Shown here: positions 28,643 through 36,868 of the stretch, piece by piece
Layout: each line of letters opens with the position of its first letter
Position numbering within the stretch: position 1 is the stretch's first letter
Program-made: the position numbers and the translations under genes
Assembly (NCBI GenBank): GCA_030157865.1
Contig: JAOATY010000033.1
Location: 23,507-87,506, forward strand
Reading direction: 5' to 3'
Source of the DNA: Candidatus Nanopelagicales bacterium
GTDB taxonomy: Bacteria > Actinomycetota > Actinomycetes > S36-B12 > UBA5976
Length of the DNA stretch: 64,000 nt
The notes under the pieces: model-generated
Database searches by the model: none
What the model was told of the DNA's origin: nothing
Seen by the model: the letters and a program-made list of their open reading frames with translations, nothing else

Positions 28643-30625
28643 CTATTCCGATACAGGCAATAGGTTCTGTGGGTCGATTGTGATCTCAAGCTGTGGTGCT
28701 TGGGCTTTAACTTCTTCTAGAGCTGCCGTCTTTTCAGCAACTTCTTCAAGAGCTGCTGAGTTGATCGCTTCAACTGGCACGCGGCCATACCAAGGGTTGC
28801 CCCAGATGCTGATCTTGCCTACGCGACGACCTGGTCTTGGTGAATCCCACATCTTTCCATCGCCGGCATAGATACCAACGTGGTGCACGCCGTTGCCACT
28901 TCCCCAGAACATTAGGTCACCAACCTGGCGATCATCAGCGCTGACCTTGTCAGCCCAGGCGGCCTGTTGCGCAGAGGTGCGAGGCAAGTCAACACCGAGC
29001 TGACCAAATACGTATGAGGTGAAACCTGAGCAGTCAAAGCCCTTTGGTGTGGTGCCACCACGAACGTATGGCACGCCACCTAAATCGTCGGCAACATCGA
29101 TGATTGAGGCGCCATCAAGGCTGGTGTTTTTCATGCGGGCCTGAGCTGCTGCGATTTCTTGTTCCAACGTCTGAATTGTGCGGGAACGAGAAGCTTGCAG
29201 CGCTTGGAAGGAATCGCGAACGCTTAAGTATTGAGCAACAGCGTCTTTGGCGGCACTGGCTTCAATTGCCACAGAGGTGTCAATTTCTCCGGTGACTGAA
29301 GCGTTAACAACTGATGCTCCAGTTGCTGCGCCCAAGGTTCCGAGAACGAGGGTCAGGCTGGTTGCTGCCCAAGGAAGTGAACTTGTTGGGCGATTGGTTG
29401 CTCCGTTTGATTCGCCGTGAGTTAGATCAATGAAGGCATCCACGCGAGCATCAATGCGAGACATTCTGTTGGTTAATGCACTGTCAGCATCTTCAACATG
29501 ATCAACAACGAAGTTTGAAATTCCGGTGGCGGCTGAGACCAAGGTTGCAACGCCGGTTGCAACGCGCGCATCAAACCTGGCCACGGAGGCTTCAAGTTTG
29601 GCGTCGGTGATTGCAACACGATTGGTTGCAATTGATGCGGCTTGAGCGTAGGCGAAAGTGGCTTGCGCGATTCGGTTATCGACGCGGGAATCAACTCGAG
29701 CTAATGCGCCAGTCAATGCCTGATCCGCAGAGTTAACGCCATTGGTTAGCGCAACTGTTGTTGCGATAGCGCGGGCCTGGCCATTGGCAACGCGGGAATC
29801 AACGCGGGAGATTCCCAAGTCCACAGCGCGCTCGAAAGCAAGGGCCTTGGCGTTAACAAGGTTGATGGTGGCTGCAGTTGCGTTCACGCCCTGTTCGATG
29901 CGGCGATCGATACGAGCATCAACGCGAGTTACAGCGTTAGAGATTCGGGTGTCGGTTGCATTCGTGGTTGCCACTGCGCGAGCGATTGTGGTTTCGGTTG
30001 CGTTGACCGCGTGATTGATGCCGGAGTTAACGCGAGCATCAGCGCGTGAGAAATCAGTTTCGATTCTTTGGTCGATACGAGCTGTTGCGTTAAGAGCAAG
30101 GTGCGCAGTTTTGATGCGACGGCTATGAGCGCGGTTTGCAACGTTAGTTGCGCGAACATCAACACGATCAAATCCGCGAGTGATCTTGTTGTCAGCGCGA
30201 TGAGTTAGCGCGACGCTGGCATTCATAGTTGCGATTGCGGCGCGAGTGCCGGCGTCGGTGACGCGATCGAATTTGTGAAGGCCGCGATTTAACTTGGCAT
30301 CGGTGCGAGCTTCAAGGTTTAGTGCACCTGATCCGACGCGAGTTGCAGTTGCCTTGGTTTTGGCGACGCGAGCGGTCGATCGGGAATCCGATTTGGCAAC
30401 CTGCTGATCTAATGCGCGATCAAATGTCTCAGCCGAATGGGCTAGACCTTGCGAGATTGAAGTAGTGCGATCAGCAACTGCGCTGATTCGGCGATCCACG
30501 GCTGCATCAACCCGGACGAATCCAGCATCCAAGAGCGCGTCAAGGCTGGCTTCAACGCGATCGAGAAGGCCGATCGGCAGCGCAACAGCGCGGCGAATCA
30601 AGGCCGTCGGACGAGCAGTGGACAT
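28643..30625 (-). CDS. NlpC/P60 (C40) peptidoglycan peptidase with long N-terminal helical repeat region and TM
   Basis: GVPYVRGG..GFDCSGFT..LPRTS..HHVGIYAG; start moved to ATG 30625 because the upstream part of the ORF is a riboswitch. Confidence 0.88.
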   Translation of the reverse strand: MSTARPTALIRRAVALPIGLLDRVEASLDALLDAGFVRVDAAVDRRISAVADRTTSISQGLAHSAETFDRALDQQVAKSDSRSTARVAKTKATATRVGSGALNLEARTDAKLNRGLHKFDRVTDAGTRAAIATMNASVALTHRADNKITRGFDRVDVRATNVANRAHSRRIKTAHLALNATARIDQRIETDFSRADARVNSGINHAVNATETTIARAVATTNATDTRISNAVTRVDARIDRRIEQGVNATAATINLVNAKALAFERAVDLGISRVDSRVANGQARAIATTVALTNGVNSADQALTGALARVDSRVDNRIAQATFAYAQAASIATNRVAITDAKLEASVARFDARVATGVATLVSAATGISNFVVDHVEDADSALTNRMSRIDARVDAFIDLTHGESNGATNRPTSSLPWAATSLTLVLGTLGAATGASVVNASVTGEIDTSVAIEASAAKDAVAQYLSVRDSFQALQASRSRTIQTLEQEIAAAQARMKNTSLDGASIIDVADDLGGVPYVRGGTTPKGFDCSGFTSYVFGQLGVDLPRTSAQQAAWADKVSADDRQVGDLMFWGSGNGVHHVGIYAGDGKMWDSPRPGRRVGKISIWGNPWYGRVPVEAINSAALEEVAEKTAALEEVKAQAPQLEITIDPQNLLPVSE

Positions 30626-30632
30626 CTGGCTC

Positions 30633-30792
30633 CCAGCGCCGGTGAGGTGAGCTGTCGGGTGCGGCTCTGGGAAGTCAGCCGGCCAGTTTCCTGGCTTAAC
30701 CCCTAGGTCCTTGATGGACCGCTTACCTGTGGTTCCCCCACACTCACCAAAGTTTTTGTGTCCCTTCGCAGGTGGTGAGACTTGGCGCCCTG
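30633..30792 (-). promoter_or_regulatory. c-di-AMP (ydaO/yuaA) riboswitch
   Basis: Minus strand GGCGCC-AAGTC...GGGGGAACC...TAGGGGTTAAGCC...GGCCGGCTGACT...CCCGACAGCTCACCTC...GGCGCT; typical actinobacterial form upstream of a cell-wall hydrolase. Confidence 0.9.
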
Positions 30793-30893
30793 CGTCGGTC
30801 GGCTCCGGGTGGAACCTACCCTCTGATTCTACCTTTTTGGCGTTTTGTAAGGGTTTTTGGGTTGGTAAAGAGTCGGTAAATGTCGGTTGGGGC

Positions 30894-30902
30894 TGTGGAT
30901 AA
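30894..30902 (-). promoter_or_regulatory. DnaA box
   Basis: TGTGGATAA = TTATCCACA on minus strand, upstream of riboswitch promoter. Confidence 0.5.
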
Positions 30903-31003
30903 CTGAGCCAAAACAATGGGTTTTGGGCCGTGAGTTTCATTATGTGGGTCGATTCGTGTGACATATGCCCCAGCGATCCGACACGCCTATTTCGGACATT
31001 TGG

Positions 31004-31036
31004 CTAGTCCGAGTCAAATTTAAGTTCGTAACTCAA
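31004..31036 (-). pseudogene. Remnant 5' end of RelE/StbE-type toxin
   Basis: TTG overlapping antitoxin stop (TTGA) reads MSYELKFDSD*, resembling a RelE N-terminus, then stops. Confidence 0.55.
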
Positions 31037-31290
31037 CGTGCTAGCTCTTCAAGTGTTACTGGGATGGCATTGTCGATGTTCTTTAGGCGCTCCAAGATGA
31101 CTGGTGTGATTTCGCGTTCCCAAAGGATTTCGGCGATCTCATCAAACAGTTCTGGTGGCACAACATAGAACGACGGCTTGTTGTTGGTTAGTACTGCGAA
31201 CGCTTGATTCCCGGCTTTTGCCACGGATTCATTGGGGTTTTTCTTGAATTCGCTGATACTGGTAGTGACTTTTGTTAATACTGCATCCAT
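31033..31290 (-). CDS. Phd/YefM (StbD-like) antitoxin
   Basis: TTSISEFKKNP..AVLTNNKPSFYVVPPELF; RBS AGGAGG before ATG 31290. Confidence 0.9.
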   Translation of the reverse strand: MDAVLTKVTTSISEFKKNPNESVAKAGNQAFAVLTNNKPSFYVVPPELFDEIAEILWEREITPVILERLKNIDNAIPVTLEELAR

Positions 31291-31308
31291 AGTTTCCTCC
31301 TCTCTTCG

Positions 31309-31342
31309 CACTAAATCTAGAGCGAAATTTGGTGTTAGTCAA
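31309..31342 (-). promoter_or_regulatory. Antitoxin promoter with overlapping operator palindrome
   Basis: TTGACT-N17-TAGATT; inverted repeat CACCAAATTT...AGATTTAGTG over the -10. Confidence 0.65.
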
Positions 31343-31406
31343 TAGGAGGAATTCAAGTGTCACCTCTGGTGATGCAGGGGTCAAGGCCTCGAGATAACTT
31401 GGGGAC

Positions 31407-32912
31407 ATGTCCCGGGTGTTGTGGTTTAGGCGAGATCTGCGGATCCATGACAACCCGGCCCTAGTTGATGCCGTCGAAGGCGCTTGGGCTGATGGCGATG
31501 GCAACGTGGTGGCCGTCGTATTAATCGACCCGATGCTTTGGCCGACTTGGGGGCCAGCCAAACAGGCTTACCTGATTGATTCGCTTCGCAGCTTGGACGA
31601 ATCCTTGGGCGGCAACCTGGTGATCCGTCATGGCAAGGCCCAAGATGTGATCCCAGCGATCGCCAAAGAATTTGGTGCCAGCGCAGTTCACTGCGCTGCT
31701 GATTACTCAGGCTATGGAATTGCTCGCGATAACGAAATCGCTTCCACACTTTCAGCCAGCGGCATTGAGTTTGTTAAGACCGGTTCGGGTTACGCCGTAG
31801 CTCCTGGCCGCGTTGCTAAAGATGACGGAACTTATTACAAGGTCTACACCCCGTTTTATAAGCGCTGGATGATTCACGGTTGGCGCGCACCGGCTGACGA
31901 TCCCACGAAGGCTCCGAATTGGATCGGCGTTGATTCGTGCGATGGGTATCCAGAGCGACCGGACACTCGTGGCGTTGTTGTTCCGCGTGCTGGTGAAGCT
32001 GCTGCGCTGGAATTGTTTGAACAGTTCTTAGCTGGGCCGATTGATACTTACGATGAAGATCGCAACCGCGCTGACTTAAATGGAACTTCGCGATTAAGTA
32101 TTGCTTTGAAGTGGGGAGAAATTCACCCGCGAACTTTGTTGGCTCGTCTAGGCGATAGTAAAGGTCATGAAGTTTTCCGAAAAGAAATTGCTTGGCGCGA
32201 GTTCTATGCCGAAGTTGCTTTCCAACGCCCTGACACAATTACCGATTACTTCAATCCGCTATATGCCCAGATGCAATACGACACCGGCAAAGAAGCTGAT
32301 AAAAAGTTTGCAGCGTGGTGTGAGGGGCGAACTGGGTATCCGTTCGTTGATGCCGGTATGCGTCAGTTACGAACTGAAGGTTGGATGCATAACCGGGTGC
32401 GAATGGTTGTGGCATCGTTCTTGCTTAAAGACCTTCACATCGAATGGCAACGTGGTGCGAACTATTTCTTCGACTGGTTACTCGATGGCGATCTAGCCAG
32501 CAATAGTCATGGTTGGCAATGGACTGCTGGTTGTGGCACGGATGCTTCGCCGTATTACCGAGTCTTCAATCCAATTGGACAAGGCATCAAGTTCGATCCC
32601 AATGGTGAATACGTTCGCAAATACATTCCAGAACTTGCTCACATTCCTGGTGGCGCAGTTCACGAACCGTGGAATGTTCCCGGCGCATTTGATCATGGCT
32701 ACCCAGAACCAATCGTTGATCACGCAGCTGAACGTCTTGAAGCACTTGATCGTTTGAGCAAACTGCCTAAGGGCGTTCAAGTTGCACAGAACCCACACGA
32801 TGATGATCTGAAGATTAAGCCAGTTAAAAAGGCTGCTGCCAAGAAAGCTGCGCCGAAGAAAGCCAGCAAAGCCAAAAGCGAAGATTTAACGCTAATTCAC
32901 GACTTCGAATAA
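31407..32912 (+). CDS. phrB: DNA photolyase (cryptochrome/photolyase family)
   Basis: WFRRDLRIHDNPAL, TSRLS, WREFY, GRTGYPFVDAGMRQL..GWMHNRVRM, NSHGWQW, RVFNP. Confidence 0.93.
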   Translation: MSRVLWFRRDLRIHDNPALVDAVEGAWADGDGNVVAVVLIDPMLWPTWGPAKQAYLIDSLRSLDESLGGNLVIRHGKAQDVIPAIAKEFGASAVHCAADYSGYGIARDNEIASTLSASGIEFVKTGSGYAVAPGRVAKDDGTYYKVYTPFYKRWMIHGWRAPADDPTKAPNWIGVDSCDGYPERPDTRGVVVPRAGEAAALELFEQFLAGPIDTYDEDRNRADLNGTSRLSIALKWGEIHPRTLLARLGDSKGHEVFRKEIAWREFYAEVAFQRPDTITDYFNPLYAQMQYDTGKEADKKFAAWCEGRTGYPFVDAGMRQLRTEGWMHNRVRMVVASFLLKDLHIEWQRGANYFFDWLLDGDLASNSHGWQWTAGCGTDASPYYRVFNPIGQGIKFDPNGEYVRKYIPELAHIPGGAVHEPWNVPGAFDHGYPEPIVDHAAERLEALDRLSKLPKGVQVAQNPHDDDLKIKPVKKAAAKKAAPKKASKAKSEDLTLIHDFE

Positions 32913-32918
32913 CTCTAG

Positions 32919-32990
32919 AAACGCGAAACCGAATCCTCACCCGTTATGGGTTTGATTCGGTTCACTTTCAGAGCTCACTGAGTTCTGACT
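32919..32990 (-). ncRNA. Putative DUF3800-associated structured RNA
   Basis: Two hairpins (TCAGAACTC/GAGCTCTGA; AACCGAATC-ACCC/GGGT-GATTCGGTT) downstream of TTGATA-N17-TATCAT, divergent from the DUF3800 gene. Confidence 0.65.
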
Positions 32991-32995
32991 CCTAA

Positions 32996-33024
32996 ATGAT
33001 ACATCAGACATTTTTAGGTATCAA
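32996..33024 (-). promoter_or_regulatory. Sigma70-type promoter for the DUF3800-associated RNA
   Basis: TTGATA (33024-33019) -17 nt- TATCAT (33001-32996). Confidence 0.7.
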
Positions 33025-33077
33025 GGGTTTGTGAATAACTTATTCGGGGTAACTCTGAAAGCATTTAATCTTCCAAA

Positions 33078-33596
33078 GTGACTCATGTTTATGTTGACGA
33101 ATCATTTCGAAGCAGACGCTACATAATGTGCTCGGTATCTGTTGCCCAAAACTCACAACACTTGATTCGAAATTCTCTTTTGAAGATTGATCGAGGAATA
33201 TCAAGTCGAATCCACATGAGCGAGGCATCTAAGAATCAGAGACAAGTTTATATTTCGGCAATTGCCGAGCTCGGGATCTCATCCAGAATATATGTTGCAA
33301 AAACAGGTTATGAAAAGTTCGAATTAAGACCGCGTGAGCGTTGTTTAGCCTCTGTATTTAAGGATTACGTAAAGTCCAAATCAATAACTATTGAGGCTGG
33401 GAGTGTTGATCACCTTGATCGTCAGTGTATAAATCGGTTCATCTCAGAAGGAGCCCGATTTCCAAAAGTTATGCATGTTCAACCCAACCGGGAACCATTG
33501 CTGTGGGTACCAGACATAATCGCTTGGGCATACGGCAGAGGAGGTGAGTGGAAAAGGTCCGTCGAGCCGCTAATTGAAAAAGTTGTCCTCGTATAG
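33078..33596 (+). CDS. DUF3800-like protein (RNase H-like fold)
   Basis: HVYVDES, RIHMSE, EPLLWVPDIIAWAYGRGGEWK. Confidence 0.8.
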   Translation: MTHVYVDESFRSRRYIMCSVSVAQNSQHLIRNSLLKIDRGISSRIHMSEASKNQRQVYISAIAELGISSRIYVAKTGYEKFELRPRERCLASVFKDYVKSKSITIEAGSVDHLDRQCINRFISEGARFPKVMHVQPNREPLLWVPDIIAWAYGRGGEWKRSVEPLIEKVVLV

Positions 33597-34865
33597 CTAG
33601 GCAACCGGGTTTCGAGAGTCGTACTTCATAAACGGTTTGTGCCATCGCACCAATGCGTACGTGAATGCAATGCAAGCAAGGCCACCGCTGACAACCGAAA
33701 CTTGTTCGCCACCAACAGCTGCCACGGTTCCAGATTCAAAGTCACCAAGTCTTGGTCCGCCTGCAACCACGACTGTGAATAAGCCTTGCAAGCGACCGCG
33801 ATATTCATCAGGAATGACAACCTGCATCATGGTGGTTCTAAAGATTGCACTGATGTTGTCGGCAGCTCCGGCAACGGCTAAGAAAAACAGAGCAAGGTAA
33901 AGATTCTTGGTCATGCCGAATGCTGTGATGGCGGCGCCCCAACCAACGATTGCCCAAACAATTGCAGTGCCTTGTTTATAGACGCGTTGCAATGGACCGC
34001 TGAAGATTGCAGAAAGTGCTGCGCCAAGTGCTGGGGCTGCTGTTAACAAACCAACAATCGCCGCTGTCGAAACTGCGGAGTCGCCATACCAAAGCAAAGC
34101 GATCGCCGGGAATAGTGCGCGTGGCATGCCAAAGATCATGGCAACAAGATCTAAATAGAAAGTCATTTGAATATTGCGTTTGCCCTTGAGGAAACTCAGG
34201 CCTTCTTTAACGCTGGAAAGATTTGGCTTAAGTGGCGCGCCAGCCATTGGTGGAAGTTTTGGTAACGACCACATCGCCCACATCATCACAGTGAAGGCGA
34301 TTGCATCAATTGCGTAAGCGACGCCAACATTACCTGTCGCGGCGATTAGAACTCCACCCAGCAACGGACCAAGTGTGAATCCGATGTTCCAAGTTAAGAA
34401 TGAAAGTGAGTTGGCCGCTTGCAATAAATCTTTTGGCACAATGCGCGGAATGATTGCCTGTCGGGCTGGATTACCAACTGCATAAAACCCAGAGGACATA
34501 GCGACGAATAAATACAGTGGCCAGGCTTGTTGATTATCGTTCAGCGCTTGAATCAACAGCAACAAACTCGAGCCGGCCATACCAACAGCAGAAACAAAAC
34601 CAATCGTTCGACGATCGTAAGAATCTGACATTGCGCCACCGAATAATCCAAGGACAACCAGCGGTAATAGTTGAGCCAAACCAACCATGCCAACAGCAAA
34701 CGAAGACTTGGTGATGTCATAAACCTGGATTGCCACAGCAACTGCTGTCATCTGCTGGCCGATATTGCTGATCGAGACCGCAGTAAAGATTCTGCGGTAA
34801 TCAGGAATTTCCCTAAGTGGCGTTAGGTCAAGGAGCAGCTTGGACACAGACACACTCTGGCACAA
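33597..34865 (-). CDS. MFS transporter (EntS-like)
   Basis: 12-TM pattern, GGAMSDSYDRR, DEYRGRLQG, GGPRLGD. Confidence 0.9.
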   Translation of the reverse strand: MCQSVSVSKLLLDLTPLREIPDYRRIFTAVSISNIGQQMTAVAVAIQVYDITKSSFAVGMVGLAQLLPLVVLGLFGGAMSDSYDRRTIGFVSAVGMAGSSLLLLIQALNDNQQAWPLYLFVAMSSGFYAVGNPARQAIIPRIVPKDLLQAANSLSFLTWNIGFTLGPLLGGVLIAATGNVGVAYAIDAIAFTVMMWAMWSLPKLPPMAGAPLKPNLSSVKEGLSFLKGKRNIQMTFYLDLVAMIFGMPRALFPAIALLWYGDSAVSTAAIVGLLTAAPALGAALSAIFSGPLQRVYKQGTAIVWAIVGWGAAITAFGMTKNLYLALFFLAVAGAADNISAIFRTTMMQVVIPDEYRGRLQGLFTVVVAGGPRLGDFESGTVAAVGGEQVSVVSGGLACIAFTYALVRWHKPFMKYDSRNPVA

Positions 34866-34938
34866 CTTATGCCAGAACTCACAAGCCGGTCGACGGTATT
34901 GGCTCGCAGGGCTTGCGAATCTGCGCCAGACTTAGGGC

Positions 34939-35625
34939 ATGAGCATTGATACGCCTAACCCATCAGACATGCGAATTGTTTATGACAAGGACCAACTGAC
35001 CGAAGTTGACCTTGCCAGCAATCCGCTTGATCAATTCACTAAGTGGTTAGCCGATGCTGTTGCTGAAGGCCGCGAGGCGTTAATCGAACCAAACGCAATG
35101 GTGATTGCAGTTCGAAATACCGATGATGTGATTTCAACTCGTTCAGTTTTGTTAAAAGGAATCGATGCTCGCGGTCTAACTTTTTACACAAACTATGGCT
35201 CGGCTAAAGCGGATGCGATTGCTGCCAACTCCCAAGTCAGCGTTACCTTTCCTTGGTATCCATTGCATCGCCAAGTCAATGTGATTGGAACTGCAACAAA
35301 AGTTTCCCGCGAAGAATCCGGTGCCTACTTTGAAACCCGTCCGCATGGTTCCAAGTTAGGCGCAATCGTCAGTGCGCAATCATCAGTTATCGATTCCCGA
35401 GAAGTTTTAGAAACTCGGATGAAAGAACTTGAAGCGCAGTATCCAGAAGGAACTCACGTTCCACTTCCAGATGTTTGGGGCGGTTACTTGATCACAGTTT
35501 CGGCAATTGAATTTTGGCAAGGACGACGTTCCCGCCTGCACGATCGATTGCGTTTTGTTAAAGCCGGTGACTCAAGTGATCTTTCGGATCCATCAGCTTG
35601 GAAAGTAATTCGACTTTCGCCTTGA
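34939..35625 (+). CDS. pdxH: Pyridoxamine 5'-phosphate oxidase
   Basis: RSVLLK, FYTNYGSAK, EFWQGRRSRLHDR, RLSP. Confidence 0.95.
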   Translation: MSIDTPNPSDMRIVYDKDQLTEVDLASNPLDQFTKWLADAVAEGREALIEPNAMVIAVRNTDDVISTRSVLLKGIDARGLTFYTNYGSAKADAIAANSQVSVTFPWYPLHRQVNVIGTATKVSREESGAYFETRPHGSKLGAIVSAQSSVIDSREVLETRMKELEAQYPEGTHVPLPDVWGGYLITVSAIEFWQGRRSRLHDRLRFVKAGDSSDLSDPSAWKVIRLSP

Positions 35626-35712
35626 GTTCTGGGCAAACGAGCACCTGATTCGCTTTCCTGTGCTGCAAATCGTTGGCAGCGCGCTTTCGGGCAACTGATC
35701 TAAACTTGGCTA

Positions 35713-36846
35713 ATGGCTAACTTCCCCGAAATCGTGATCCCTGCTGACCTATTGCCCGTTGATGGCAGGTTCGGCGCGGGACCTTCAAAAGTTCGCCCAG
35801 AACAGATCCAAGCCTTAGTTGAAAAATCCGTTTCCGTAATGGGAACTAGCCATCGCCAAAAGCCAGTTAAGAGTGAAGTCGCAGCCTTGCGCGCTGGGTT
35901 AGCCGAAATGTTTACTCTGCCAGCGGGCTATGAAGTCGTCATCGGCAATGGTGGCACCACAGCTTTTTGGGAGATTGCAACTTTTGGATTGCTACGAGAT
36001 CGCGCCCAGTTCTTGACCTTTGGTGAGTTTGGGTCAAAGTTCGCAACCTCAGCAAAAGATGCACCGTTCCTTGGTGATCAGTTCGTAATCAAGAGCGAGC
36101 CAGGCGATGCGCCAGAGTTTGCGCCTGCGGCCGGACTCGATGCGTACTGCACACCACATAACGAAACTTCAACTGGTGTTGCGATTCCCCCAGTTCGTCC
36201 AGCCGGCATTGATGACGATTCTTTGGTTTTGATCGATGCCACATCAGGTGCAGGTGGTTTACCGGTTGATTTGTCTCAGGTTGATGTTTATTACTTCAGT
36301 CCGCAAAAATGTTTTGCTTCCGATGGTGGATTGTTTGTTGCGATCATGTCGCCGTCTGCGATAGCTCGCGCCGAAGAAATCAAAGCTTCAGGTCGTTACA
36401 TTCCTGCGTTCCTGGATTTGATGACTGCGATTGATAACTCCCGCTTAGATCAGACTTACAACACCCCTGCGCTTGCCACGATTTTGATGATGAACGAACA
36501 GATCAAATGGTTCAACGCAAACGGTGGTTTGGATTGGTGCGTTTCTCGCACTAAGGAATCTTCGGATGCGATTTATGAATGGGCAACCGCAAGTTCCTAC
36601 GCGACTCCATTCGTTACTGACCCAGCAAAGCGCAGCCAAGTTGTGGCAACTGTTGACTTTGATGAATCAATTGATGCTGAAGTTGTGGCAAAGGTGCTGC
36701 GCGCAAATGGCGTTGTCGATACAGAGCCGTATCGCAAACTTGGTCGCAATCAACTACGCATTTCGGTCTTTCCTGCGGTTGAGCCAAGCGATGTTAGGCA
36801 TTTGCTTAAGTGCATCGATTTCGTCATCGCGCAGCTGTCTAAGTAA
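35713..36846 (+). CDS. serC: Phosphoserine aminotransferase (actinobacterial type)
   Basis: DGRFGAGPSKVR, HNETSTGV, YFSPQK, QTYNTP, EPYRKLGRNQLR. Confidence 0.95.
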   Translation: MANFPEIVIPADLLPVDGRFGAGPSKVRPEQIQALVEKSVSVMGTSHRQKPVKSEVAALRAGLAEMFTLPAGYEVVIGNGGTTAFWEIATFGLLRDRAQFLTFGEFGSKFATSAKDAPFLGDQFVIKSEPGDAPEFAPAAGLDAYCTPHNETSTGVAIPPVRPAGIDDDSLVLIDATSGAGGLPVDLSQVDVYYFSPQKCFASDGGLFVAIMSPSAIARAEEIKASGRYIPAFLDLMTAIDNSRLDQTYNTPALATILMMNEQIKWFNANGGLDWCVSRTKESSDAIYEWATASSYATPFVTDPAKRSQVVATVDFDESIDAEVVAKVLRANGVVDTEPYRKLGRNQLRISVFPAVEPSDVRHLLKCIDFVIAQLSK

Positions 36847-36868
36847 TTCACTTCAGTACAGTTAGTCA

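Noticed and set aside
30626-30964. N-terminal 113 aa of the 773-aa NlpC/P60 ORF
   Set aside because: Overlaps promoter, DnaA box and c-di-AMP riboswitch; the real start is probably ATG 30625.
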